Positions 1 to 9,104 of a stretch of 64,000 bases of DNA are shown in pieces. Source of the stretch: an uncultured bacterium (GTDB lineage: Bacteria > Krumholzibacteriota > Krumholzibacteriia > Krumholzibacteriales > Krumholzibacteriaceae); assembly GCA_963786935.1 (NCBI GenBank), contig CAWBAN010000001.1:480001-544000 (forward strand). Reading direction: 5' to 3'. A model generated the notes under the pieces. It saw only the letters and a program-made list of their open reading frames with translations, made no database searches and was not told the origin of the DNA. Numbering within the stretch: position 1 is the stretch's first letter; each line of letters starts with the position of its first letter. The translations under genes were made by a program, and so were the position numbers.

Positions 1-1121
1 ACGGGCGTGCCGTCCGCGACGCTCATGCCGCGCTCGTCGAGCACGCGGACCGAGACGGCCGCGGCGCCGCCGGGCTTCGCGACCGGCGGGAGCGCAATGA
101 TATGCCGCGGCGGCCGCTCGAGCACAATCGACGCCGGAACGCTCCACGCCGTCGCTCCCCGAGCGCTCCGGATCGACGCCTCGAGGCGGTGCGTCCCGTT
201 CGGAACGTCGGGAGGCATGGGGGATCGGATGACGGAGGAGGCCGCTTCGAACACCGGGACGAGCTCGCGGTCGCCGAGCCGGATGCGGGCGGAGGCGGGA
301 TCGAGCGGCACGCCCGCCGCGCTCTTCACCGAGAACGAGATCTCCATTGGGGTCTCGATCGTGTCGCGCGCGGGGGAGAGCCGCGAGATCGACGGAACGC
401 CGCGCGAGAAGTATTCGACGAGCCCGAGGAAATACGCTTCGGCCTCGAGCCGCTGCTTCGCCGAGAGCTTGAGGCGCTCCTCGACCGCGGGATGGGAGAG
501 ATAGCTCGCCTCGCCGAGAATCGCGGCGCGAGCAGTCGAGTTCCTGAGCACGAAGTAATTCCCCGGCTTGACCTCCGAGATCTCGATTCCCAGATTGCGC
601 GCGAGGTGCACCTGAACGTTCTCCGCGAGCTCGAGGGAGGAGCCCGGATCCCCCGCGCGGTAGTAGACCTCGATCCGATTGACCTCTCGCTTCACGGGAA
701 AATTGGAGTTGTGATGAATCGACACGAAGACGTCGGGATTCAGCTCGTTCGCTTTCGCCGCGCGCGCGGCAAGATCGTCCCCCACCTCTCGCGAGCCGGG
801 GGGGAGCCGGTCCCGGTCCGCCGTGCGCGTGAGATGGGCGTCGGCTCCCGCGTCGGCGCAGAGTCCCCAGAGGTAGAGGGCGACGCCGAGGTTCGCGTCC
901 GCCTCCCGGAGGCTGTCCGCGCCGACGGCCCCGCCGAACGTTCCCCCGTGCCCCGGATCGATCACGATCGTTCTGCCGGCGAGCGAGCTCGCGTCGACCG
1001 GCGCCGTTTTCTCCGCGGGGCCCGCGTAGAGATTGCCGGGGACGGGCTGGCGCGCGGCGCAGCCGGCGAGCGCGAGAAATCCCAAAGAGAGCGGTATCGC
1101 GAAACGCAGAGATCGGTTCAT
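1..1121 (-). CDS. N-acetylmuramoyl-L-alanine amidase (Amidase_3) lipoprotein with C-terminal beta-rich extension; runs off window start
   Basis: Not in ORF track; translated by hand from ATG at 1121: MNRSLRFAIPLSLGFLALAGC (lipobox) ... TIVIDPGHGG ... LREADANL ... FVSIHHN ... AILGEASYLS; SD GAAGGAG upstream. Confidence 0.9.
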   Translation of the reverse strand, partial: MNRSLRFAIPLSLGFLALAGCAARQPVPGNLYAGPAEKTAPVDASSLAGRTIVIDPGHGGTFGGAVGADSLREADANLGVALYLWGLCADAGADAHLTRTADRDRLPPGSREVGDDLAARAAKANELNPDVFVSIHHNSNFPVKREVNRIEVYYRAGDPGSSLELAENVQVHLARNLGIEISEVKPGNYFVLRNSTARAAILGEASYLSHPAVEERLKLSAKQRLEAEAYFLGLVEYFSRGVPSISRLSPARDTIETPMEISFSVKSAAGVPLDPASARIRLGDRELVPVFEAASSVIRSPMPPDVPNGTHRLEASIRSARGATAWSVPASIVLERPPRHIIALPPVAKPGGAAAVSVRVLDERGMSVADGTP

Positions 1122-1156
1122 GGAGAGCTCCTTCTTTCCTGATTCACGCTACGCTC

Positions 1157-1185
1157 TCTTTAGCAGAAGCGCTCCTCTTCATCAA
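1157..1185 (-). promoter_or_regulatory. putative sigma70 promoter for amidase
   Basis: Minus strand TTGATG-17bp-TAAAGA with TG extension. Confidence 0.4.
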
Positions 1186-1262
1186 GCGGCAAATTCGGGG
1201 AGGCCGCCCCCGTCGGCCGGGCCGAAAAAAGCGTCTTCGAGGCCCATATATTGTGAAAATAG

Positions 1263-1291
1263 TTGACGCTATCCCCTACATATGGTAGAAA
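1263..1291 (+). promoter_or_regulatory. sigma70 promoter for selA
   Basis: TTGACG-17bp-TAGAAA with extended -10 (TGG) in an AT-rich intergenic region. Confidence 0.65.
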
Positions 1292-1327
1292 TCGGCAAAT
1301 CCTGCTTGAGCAATAAGGTTAAAGGAA

Positions 1328-2740
1328 ATGGATATTCAATCGTCCCTGAAGAAATTACCGTCCGTCGAGAAAGTGCTCGAGGACCCGCGGATCGCGCCGC
1401 GCATCGGTCTGCTATCGCGGAAGGGGATCACGCGGATCGTCCGCGAGGCGATCGAGCGGCGCCGCGCGATGCTGCTCGGGGGCGCGAAGGCCGGAGCGGC
1501 GGGGGAGGGGCTTCTCGCGCCGGTCGCCGACGAGGTGGTCGCCGAGCTCGACGCGCTCGCGGACGCCGGGACGAAACCGGTCATCAACGCGACGGGGGTC
1601 GTGCTCCATACGAATCTCGGCCGCGCGGTGCTCGGCGAGAGCGTGCGCGCGGCGATAGACGCCGCGGGGCGCGCGTACGTCGATCTCGAGATCGATCTCG
1701 CGAGCGGCAAGCGGACGGAGCGCGGTCTCCGGGCCGCGCGGCTGCTCTCGCTCCTCACGGGGGCCGAGGACGCGTTCGTCGTGAACAACAACGCCGCGGC
1801 GGTGCTGCTCGCCGTGCAGACGATCGCGGGATCGGGAGCCGTGGCCGTTTCGCGGGGAGAGCTCGTCGAGATCGGCGGGAGCTTCAGGCTCCCCGAGATT
1901 CTCAGCCATGCGGCGGCGCGCGTGATCGAGGTCGGAACGACCAACCGGACGCACCGGAAGGATTACGAGAAGGCGATCCGGGACGGCGCCACGCTGCTCC
2001 TCAAGGTTCACACGAGCAATTACCGTATCGTCGGGTACACGAACGAGGTTTCCCCCGGCGAGCTCGCGGAAGTGGGACGCGCCGCGGGCGTGGCCGTCAT
2101 GTACGATCAGGGGAGCGGCGTGCTCTATCCGCTGCGCGAAGCGGGGATCGAGGGGGAGGAGTGCATCGAGACGGCGATCGAGAGCGGCGTCGACATCGTG
2201 AGCTTCAGCACCGACAAGGTGCTCGGCGGTCCGCAGGGAGGCGCGCTCGTAGGGCGCGCGCCGCTCATCGCCCGAATGAAGGAGAACCACCTCTCGCGGG
2301 CGCTCAGACCCGACAAGCTGACGCTCGCGGGGCTCGAGCAGGCGCTGCGCGAGTACTGGCGCGGGGATATCGCGGGGATCCCGTCGCTCCGCATGATCAT
2401 GGAGCCCGCCGGACGCGTGCGGGAGCGCGCTGAGCGGCTCGCCGGGCGGATCGCGGCGCGGTGCGCCGGCGTCGAGGTGCGGGTCGCCGAGTCGGAGTCT
2501 TCCATCGGCGGGGGCAGTTTCCCCACAAATCCCTTGCGGACGGCCGTCGTGCACATTACCCTTCCTCCGGGCCGCGCGGAGCGGCTCTCCGCGCGCCTGC
2601 GCGGGGGGAATCCGGCCGTGCTGGTCCGCGTCAAGGATGATTCCATTATGATCGATCCTCGAACGATTCTCTTCGACGAGGAAGACCTGATTGTCGCGAA
2701 GCTCGCCGACGGGCTTGCGGGCGTTCTCCGGAGGGAGTGA
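1328..2740 (+). CDS. selA: L-seryl-tRNA(Sec) selenium transferase
   Basis: INATGVVLHTNLGRA, VVNNNAAAV, SRGELVEIGGSFR, EVGTTNRTH, PLP-lysine motif FSTDKVLGGPQ. Confidence 0.97.
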   Translation: MDIQSSLKKLPSVEKVLEDPRIAPRIGLLSRKGITRIVREAIERRRAMLLGGAKAGAAGEGLLAPVADEVVAELDALADAGTKPVINATGVVLHTNLGRAVLGESVRAAIDAAGRAYVDLEIDLASGKRTERGLRAARLLSLLTGAEDAFVVNNNAAAVLLAVQTIAGSGAVAVSRGELVEIGGSFRLPEILSHAAARVIEVGTTNRTHRKDYEKAIRDGATLLLKVHTSNYRIVGYTNEVSPGELAEVGRAAGVAVMYDQGSGVLYPLREAGIEGEECIETAIESGVDIVSFSTDKVLGGPQGGALVGRAPLIARMKENHLSRALRPDKLTLAGLEQALREYWRGDIAGIPSLRMIMEPAGRVRERAERLAGRIAARCAGVEVRVAESESSIGGGSFPTNPLRTAVVHITLPPGRAERLSARLRGGNPAVLVRVKDDSIMIDPRTILFDEEDLIVAKLADGLAGVLRRE

Positions 2741-2745
2741 TTGTG

Positions 2746-4272
2746 ATGACCGGTGAAGATCGGGGAAAAACCAACGGCGGCTCGTGCGAAGGGCCGGGAG
2801 GCGGATATACGATATTCCTCGACGAGGAGCGCATCCGGCAGTTCATGGCGGCCGGCGATCCCGCTTCGGCGAGCGAGCTCGAGCACTTCAAGGACGTCGG
2901 CGCCCAGCTCGAGAAACGGATCAGGGAGCGGAGCGGCGCCGTGATCCTCGCCCTGTCGACCGGCGAGCAGGGGATATCCCGCGATTTCGCCGTTCTGCAG
3001 ATCGCGCACATCATCGCGAAGCACGGCAGGAGCGTGCTCATCGTCGACGGCGACTTCCTGCAGCCCGGTCTGAGCGGGCTCGTCGAGAATGTCGAGAATC
3101 ACGGCTTCCTCGATCTCCTGCTCTACGGGAGCTCGCTCAAGACCGTCGCGCGCTCCGTCGGGATCGAAGGCGTGAGCGTCGCCGGCCCCGGCTCGTTCCC
3201 GGTCGCGCGCACGATTCCCTTCGCCATCAAGGAATTCGAGAAGATCGTCGCGTTCCTCCGGACGAAGCACGACGTCGTCATCTACTGCTCGACGCTCTAC
3301 ACGGAGGACGCGAAGATCAACCCGCTCGCGAAGCTCGTCGACGGCGTGCTGCTCTGCTGCCGGATCGACGACATGAGCGAGGGGGAGCTTCAGAAGAATA
3401 TCAAGGCGTTCGGCGAGGAGCGGATTCCTCCCATCGAGCTCGTGTGCTTCTGCGGAAAACGCGCGCCGGCTCCGGCCCCCGCTCCGAGAGGGGAGAGCGA
3501 GCCGGTCGCCGCGCCGCCGCCGATCGCGGCGCCGCTCGAAGCGCCCGCCGCGAGGGAGGAGCCGATCGAGATACCGATGCTGGAAAAAGCCGCCGATCTG
3601 GAGCCGCTCGCGGACGAGCCGGTCCCGGAGGAGCCGCGCGCGGAGCGGAAGGCGCGTTTCAGCCTGCTGCGCGTGGGGAGCGTCTCGGCGGGGGTTCTCA
3701 TCCTCGCCTTCATCGTGTGGTGGGCCCTGATCAACCGCACCGTCAGCGAGCAGCAGCCCGCCGGCCGGCCGCCGGCCGGCGAGATCGCGCGGGCCGGGGG
3801 AGAGGCCAGGCTTTCGGGCAGCGCGGATTCGACGACGGCGCCGGTCGAGTCCCTCGCCGCCGCGCTCATCGACAGCTCCCGGGCCGCGCGGGCGTCCGAA
3901 ACGACGGAAGGTGCGGCGTCGCGCGTCGCGCCGTCCGCCGTCGAAACGGCGAAGCCGGGTCCGGCCGAGGGCGCGAGACCGAGTCCGGCCGAAACCGCGA
4001 AGCCGGCGACCGCATTGACGCCGGGCAAGTACACGATCCATGTGGCGTCGTTCACGGAGGCGTTCCGCGCCGATAACGAAAAGGCGTACCTCGACAAGAG
4101 CGGATTCCCGGCGCGGATCGTCGAGGTCGAGATCAAGGGAGTGAAATGGCTCCGCGTCATCGTCGGCGAATTCGCGACGGAGGATGAGGCGGCGAAAACG
4201 AGGCTCGATCTGCTGGGGCTCAACAAGGTCGGGTACGCGCGGATCGTGACGGTCGAAGCGGCGACCCGTTGA
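2746..4272 (+). CDS. membrane protein: degenerate BY-kinase/MinD-like P-loop domain, one TM helix, Ala/Pro linker, C-terminal SPOR domain
   Basis: RSVLIVDGDFLQPGLS..GFLDLL resembles CpsD/Wzc kinases; TM VSAGVLILAFIVWWALI; C-terminal YTIHVASF...WLRVIVGEF SPOR signature; start at ATG 2746 or GTG 2737. Confidence 0.75.
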   Translation: MTGEDRGKTNGGSCEGPGGGYTIFLDEERIRQFMAAGDPASASELEHFKDVGAQLEKRIRERSGAVILALSTGEQGISRDFAVLQIAHIIAKHGRSVLIVDGDFLQPGLSGLVENVENHGFLDLLLYGSSLKTVARSVGIEGVSVAGPGSFPVARTIPFAIKEFEKIVAFLRTKHDVVIYCSTLYTEDAKINPLAKLVDGVLLCCRIDDMSEGELQKNIKAFGEERIPPIELVCFCGKRAPAPAPAPRGESEPVAAPPPIAAPLEAPAAREEPIEIPMLEKAADLEPLADEPVPEEPRAERKARFSLLRVGSVSAGVLILAFIVWWALINRTVSEQQPAGRPPAGEIARAGGEARLSGSADSTTAPVESLAAALIDSSRAARASETTEGAASRVAPSAVETAKPGPAEGARPSPAETAKPATALTPGKYTIHVASFTEAFRADNEKAYLDKSGFPARIVEVEIKGVKWLRVIVGEFATEDEAAKTRLDLLGLNKVGYARIVTVEAATR

Positions 4273-4302
4273 TGGCATAGCGACTTCGGGAGGATACAAC
4301 CG

Positions 4303-7300
4303 GTGAGTCTTTCGAAACTCGAGATGGTGGGCTTCAAATCGTTCATGGCGCCGATCAGCCTTCAATTCAAGGACGGGATCACGGCGATCCTCGGTCCGAA
4401 CGGCTGCGGCAAGACGAACATCGTCGACGCGGTTCGCTGGGTCCTCGGCGAACAGAGCGCCCGCCAGCTTCGGAGCTCGAAGATGGAGAACGTCATCTTC
4501 AACGGCACGCAGCAGCACAAACCGATGGGGTACGCCTCCGTCAACCTCACGATCAACAACGAGCGCGGACAGTTTCCGCTCGATTACAGCGAAATCAACA
4601 TCACCCGCAAGGTCTACCGCTCGGGCGTGAGCGAGTATTTCATCAACAAGATGCCGTGCCGGCTCAAGGATATCCGCGACCTGTTCGCCGACACGGGCAC
4701 GGGGAGCCATTCGTACTCGGTCATCGAGCAGGAGATGATCGACTGGGTGCTCAACGACGTGCACGGCGAGCGCCGTCTCATGTTCGAGGAGGCGGCGGGC
4801 ATCGTCAAATACCGCATGCGCCGGGAAGAGGCTCAGCGCAAGCTCGAGCTCACCGACGCGGACCTCACGCGCCTCGAGGATATTCTCGAAGAGCTCCGCG
4901 CGCAGGTGCGGTCGCTCAAGTACCAGATGGCCAAGGCGCGCCGCTACGAGATCGTCAGGGACCGGATCAGGGGGTGGGAGGTCGTGAGTATCCGCTCGCA
5001 GCTCTCGGAGATCATCGGGGAGCGGCGCGCGGCCGAGGCGGAGCTGACCGAATGCCTCACGCGCTCACGGAGCGAGGACGATTCGCTCGCCGAGCTCGAG
5101 CGGCGGGTCGCGGACGCGCGATCGGCGCACCTCGAGCTCGAGCGGAAGCGGACGGAGCTGCAGGACAAGCGCTATGACATTCGCCGCCGGATCCAGTCCT
5201 CCGAGGAGAAGGTGATCCAGTTCACGGAGCGCGAGAGTCAGGCGCGCCTCCGCATCGAGCGGGCCTCGCGCGAGATCGCCGAGGCGGAAGGGCGCCTCGG
5301 GCAGATCGGCGCGCGCATCGCCGCGGTGAAGGGGCTCGGCGCCGACAAGGAGTCGAGAATCGTCGTCGAAGAGGCGGCGGTCGGCGCCCTCGCCGATGAT
5401 TTCCGCGCGGCGATGGAGCGCATCCAGACCCTGACGGCGAAGCTGATCGAGATGAAACAGACGCAGCTCGACCTGATCCAGGATCAGGCGAGGGCGAAGA
5501 ACACGCTCGAGCATCACGAGGGGACGCTCGCGGAGCTCGACAACCGGTCGGCGGAGATCCGGGAGCGCGTATCCGACGCCGAGCGCGAGGGGCAGACGCT
5601 CGCCGCGGAGCGTGAGGTCAAGGCCGCCGCGTGCCGGGAGCTCGAAGAGCGCGGCGCCGCGCTCGACCGCGAGCGATCGGGCCTCGCCGATTCGATGCGC
5701 GAGCAGGAGCAGCGCATCATCGGACGCGAGCGCACGCTCGCCGAAAAGCGGGGGGAGCTCGCTCACCTGAAGGGCAAACACGATCTGCTCCGGAAGATGA
5801 AGGAGAGTTTCGAAGGATACCCGGGCGGCGCGCGCGAAGTCCTCACGCGGGGCGACGAGCGCGTGCGCGGTCCCCTCGTCGAGTTCCTCGCGGTCGAGGA
5901 CCGCTACCGCCCGGCGGTCGAGGCGGCCCTCGCCGGCGTTCTCGACGGCGTCGTCGTCGACCGGTTCTCGAGCGCGCTCGATCTCGTCCGGGAGATCTCC
6001 GAGCGCGCCTCGGGGCGCGTGCGCCTCTTCGCGGAAGACGCGCCGGGAGCGCGGCGCGACGCCGCGGCGGAAGGCGTGCCGGGCTGTCTCGGATCGCTCG
6101 CCTCGTTCGTCGCCGCCGACGAGGCGCGGCGGGGGCTCGTCGACGCGCTGCTCCAGGGCGCGTACCTGTTCGAAGATCCGGCCGCAGCGGTCGATTTCGT
6201 CGCCTCGGAGCGGGGACGCGGCACGACGGCCGTGACGCTCTCCGGCGTGTCGTTCTCCGCCTCCGCGGGGATCTATTTCGCGGGGAGCGGCACGGAGGAA
6301 TTCTCGCTGCTCGGCCGCGTGAGCGATCTCGAGCGGCTCGGCGAGGCGATACCGGAGCTCGACGGCGAGGTCGTCGCGCTGGCGGCGGCCTGCGAAGAGG
6401 AGCGCGCGGCGCGCGGGCGACTCGAGGCGCGCTCGCGCGAAATCGAAGGGGAGATCCCGGGAATCCGCGAAGAGCTCTCGACGCGGCGGGAGGCGCTGCA
6501 GAGCTGCGAACGGGATCACGCGATGCGCCGGGAGAAGGTATCCATGCTCCTCAGGACGCTCGACGAGATCGAGACGTCGCGATCCGAGATCCTCGCCAAG
6601 CTCGAGGAGATGAAGCTCTCGCTCCGGATGCAGGAGGAGAGCGGCGAGCTGCGGCAGTCGGCCGATATCGAGGCGGAGCTCGCCGGGCTGCAGAAGCGGC
6701 GGGAGGAGATCGAGTCTTCCCTCACGGAGAAGAAGATCGCGCTCGCCTCTCTCAGGGGAGCGCTTGACAAGGACCGGGAAGAGCTGAAGGGGCTCGTCGT
6801 GATGGACGACCAGTTCCGCGGCATCGCCGGCGACCGTCGCCGCGAGATCGCGGAATCGGACACGGAGCTCGCCGGGCTCGCCTCCGCCGTCGAAGCGGAG
6901 CGTTCGGTCGTGCGGGTGCTGCTCGAAGAGGAGCGCTCCTACGAACGGGGGCTCGAGGATCTCTCGGGGAGTCTCGAGGAACGGCGCGCCGAGGCCGAAT
7001 CCGCGGAGAAGGAGCTCAAGGCGCGCGCCGCGGAGCGCGAACGGATATTCGAACGGCTGAACGAGATCAAGATCGTGCTCTCGACCTTCGAAACGCGGAT
7101 GCGCAACCTCGTCGAAAAGGCGCGCGAGATGCACGCCGCCGATCTCGGCTGCTACCTCGACGGGAAGGAGCTGCCGCTCACGGACGAGGAAGCGGCCGTG
7201 ACGAGGGAGATGCTCGACCGGGAGAAGAAGAAGCTCGAATCGATCGGTCCGGTGAACCTCGCCGCCGTGGAGGAGTTCAACGAGAAGAAGACGCGCCTCG

Positions 7301-7908
7301 ATTTTCTCGAGTCGCAGAAGGCCGACCTCCTCAAGGCGAAGGAGGAGCTCGATGAAGCGATCAAGAAGATAAACGCCCGCGCGAGGACGCAGTTCCTCGA
7401 AACGTACGAGCTCGTGCGCGGGCACTTCCAGCAGACCTTCCAGATTCTCTTCGAGGGGGGAGAGGCGGACCTCTCGCTCGGCGAGAGCGCCGATCCGCTC
7501 GATGCCGATATCGTCATCACGGCGCGTCCCAAGGGAAAGCGCCTGCAGGACATCGCCCTCCTCTCGGGAGGGGAGCGGGCGCTCACGGCTCTCGCGCTGC
7601 TCTTCGCCCTCTACAAGGCGAAGCCGAGCCCGTTCTGCATCTTCGACGAGGTGGACGCGCCCCTCGACGACGCCAACATCCAGCGCCTTCTCCGGATGCT
7701 CCAGGTGTTCAAGAAAGACACCCAGTTCATCATCATCACGCACAACAAGCGCACCATGGAGGTCGCCGAACGCCTGTACGGCATCACGATGGAGGAGCGC
7801 GGCGTCTCGCGCGTCGTGTCGGTCGACTTCGACGGCATCGAGAAGGTTCTCCGGAACCGCGCCGCGTCCGAGCGCGTGCTCCTGCCGTCGGAAGCCTCCT
7901 CGAACTGA
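4303..7908 (+). CDS. smc: chromosome segregation protein SMC
   Basis: GFKSF, Walker A GPNGCGKTN, coiled coils with hinge, LSGGE, Walker B FDEVDAPLD. Confidence 0.98.
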   Translation: MSLSKLEMVGFKSFMAPISLQFKDGITAILGPNGCGKTNIVDAVRWVLGEQSARQLRSSKMENVIFNGTQQHKPMGYASVNLTINNERGQFPLDYSEINITRKVYRSGVSEYFINKMPCRLKDIRDLFADTGTGSHSYSVIEQEMIDWVLNDVHGERRLMFEEAAGIVKYRMRREEAQRKLELTDADLTRLEDILEELRAQVRSLKYQMAKARRYEIVRDRIRGWEVVSIRSQLSEIIGERRAAEAELTECLTRSRSEDDSLAELERRVADARSAHLELERKRTELQDKRYDIRRRIQSSEEKVIQFTERESQARLRIERASREIAEAEGRLGQIGARIAAVKGLGADKESRIVVEEAAVGALADDFRAAMERIQTLTAKLIEMKQTQLDLIQDQARAKNTLEHHEGTLAELDNRSAEIRERVSDAEREGQTLAAEREVKAAACRELEERGAALDRERSGLADSMREQEQRIIGRERTLAEKRGELAHLKGKHDLLRKMKESFEGYPGGAREVLTRGDERVRGPLVEFLAVEDRYRPAVEAALAGVLDGVVVDRFSSALDLVREISERASGRVRLFAEDAPGARRDAAAEGVPGCLGSLASFVAADEARRGLVDALLQGAYLFEDPAAAVDFVASERGRGTTAVTLSGVSFSASAGIYFAGSGTEEFSLLGRVSDLERLGEAIPELDGEVVALAAACEEERAARGRLEARSREIEGEIPGIREELSTRREALQSCERDHAMRREKVSMLLRTLDEIETSRSEILAKLEEMKLSLRMQEESGELRQSADIEAELAGLQKRREEIESSLTEKKIALASLRGALDKDREELKGLVVMDDQFRGIAGDRRREIAESDTELAGLASAVEAERSVVRVLLEEERSYERGLEDLSGSLEERRAEAESAEKELKARAAERERIFERLNEIKIVLSTFETRMRNLVEKAREMHAADLGCYLDGKELPLTDEEAAVTREMLDREKKKLESIGPVNLAAVEEFNEKKTRLDFLESQKADLLKAKEELDEAIKKINARARTQFLETYELVRGHFQQTFQILFEGGEADLSLGESADPLDADIVITARPKGKRLQDIALLSGGERALTALALLFALYKAKPSPFCIFDEVDAPLDDANIQRLLRMLQVFKKDTQFIIITHNKRTMEVAERLYGITMEERGVSRVVSVDFDGIEKVLRNRAASERVLLPSEASSN

Positions 7909-7921
7909 CGGGAACAACCGC

Positions 7922-8815
7922 ATGCACAAGCTGTTCGACGGACTGAGAAGGACCAAGGAGCGTCTCTTCGGCTCCATTCAAGGGATATTCGCCGGCGGGA
8001 CCGCCGGCGCGGACGCCCTCGAGGAGCTCGAAGGGATTCTTCTCTCGGCGGACCTCGGGCCCGAGGCGGCCGAGCGGATCGTGGAACGCCTCCGCAAGCA
8101 GGCCGGCGCCGCCGCCGGCCCCGAAGCGTGCCGCCGGATCATGGCCGAAGAGCTTCTCTCGATCATGAAGGAAACGCCCGCGCCGCAGCCGCCGAAAGGG
8201 CGCCCGCGCGTCATTGTGGTCGTCGGCGTAAATGGCGTAGGGAAAACGAGTACCATCGGAAAGCTCGCGTATCTTTTTAGGAGCGAGGGGAGCTCCGTGC
8301 TCCTCGCCGCGTGCGACACGTTTCGCGCCGCCGCGGAGGAGCAGCTCGAGCTCTGGGCCGGACGCGCCGGGGTGCCGATCGTCCGGCAGAAGAGCGGGGC
8401 CGATCCGGCCGCCGTCGCGTTCGACGCGGTGCAGTCCGCGAAGGCGAAGAACATCGATATCGTGATCGTCGATACGGCGGGACGGCTCCATACGAAGGTC
8501 AATCTCATGGACGAGTTGAAGAAGATCTTCAACGTCCTCTCGACGAAGATGGAAGGTATCGGCCTCGAGAGCTGGCTCGTGCTCGACGCCAACACGGGGC
8601 AGAACAGCCTTCGACAGGCCGAGGCCTTCACCGCGGCTCTCCCGGTCTCGGGGCTCGTTCTCACGAAGGTCGACAGCACGGCGAAAGGCGGCGCCGTCGT
8701 CACGATCCAACAGAAGCTCCGCGTCCCCGTCATCTACGTCGGCGTCGGCGAACAGATGGAGGATATCGAGCGGTTCGATCCGGAGCTCTTCGTCTCCGCA
8801 ATGCTCGGCGAATAG
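7922..8815 (+). CDS. ftsY: SRP receptor FtsY (short, no acidic N-domain)
   Basis: ATG 7922 MHKLFDGL; GVNGVGKT, DTFRAAA, DTAGRL, TKVD..AKGG, GVGE. Confidence 0.97.
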   Translation: MHKLFDGLRRTKERLFGSIQGIFAGGTAGADALEELEGILLSADLGPEAAERIVERLRKQAGAAAGPEACRRIMAEELLSIMKETPAPQPPKGRPRVIVVVGVNGVGKTSTIGKLAYLFRSEGSSVLLAACDTFRAAAEEQLELWAGRAGVPIVRQKSGADPAAVAFDAVQSAKAKNIDIVIVDTAGRLHTKVNLMDELKKIFNVLSTKMEGIGLESWLVLDANTGQNSLRQAEAFTAALPVSGLVLTKVDSTAKGGAVVTIQQKLRVPVIYVGVGEQMEDIERFDPELFVSAMLGE

Positions 8816-8829
8816 CGGCAACTGCGCTC

Positions 8830-8858
8830 TTGACACCATTCACGCAGCCGATTAGAAT
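8830..8858 (+). promoter_or_regulatory. sigma70 promoter of rib operon
   Basis: TTGACA-17bp-TAGAAT. Confidence 0.85.
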
Positions 8859-8893
8859 TGAATGACATTGATGAGGCCCTTTCGGGGGTCTCG

Positions 8894-9010
8894 AACCTTC
8901 GGGGCGGGGTGAAAATCCCCACCGGCGGTGAAAGCCCGCGAATGAGCTCGATGCTCACCGATCCGGCGCAATTCCGGAGCCGACAGTGACAGTCTGGATG
9001 GGAGAAGGTT
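8894..9010 (+). ncRNA. FMN riboswitch (RFN element)
   Basis: CTTCGGGGCGGGGTGAAAATCCCCACCGGCGGT...GATCCGG..ATTCCGGAGCCGACAGT..AGTCTGGATGGGAGAAG; P1 AACCTTC/GAAGGTT; directly upstream of ribD. Confidence 0.97.
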
Positions 9011-9104
9011 TTCCGCCTTTGCTCAGTCGCGGCATCTCGCTGATACGCGATCTCCCCGTGCATGCAGGCCCCGAAGCGGAAGTTTTCTCTCGGAGGAGAA
9101 AGCT

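Noticed and set aside
4303..8815. parS or dif sites near smc
   Set aside because: No match to TGTTTCACGTGAAACA or a dif consensus noticed by eye
8868..8897. TTGATGA-stem-GAA resembles a hammerhead ribozyme core
   Set aside because: C3 is missing, two extra bases separate the stem from GAA, there is no GAAA or stems I/III, and the GAA abuts riboswitch P1
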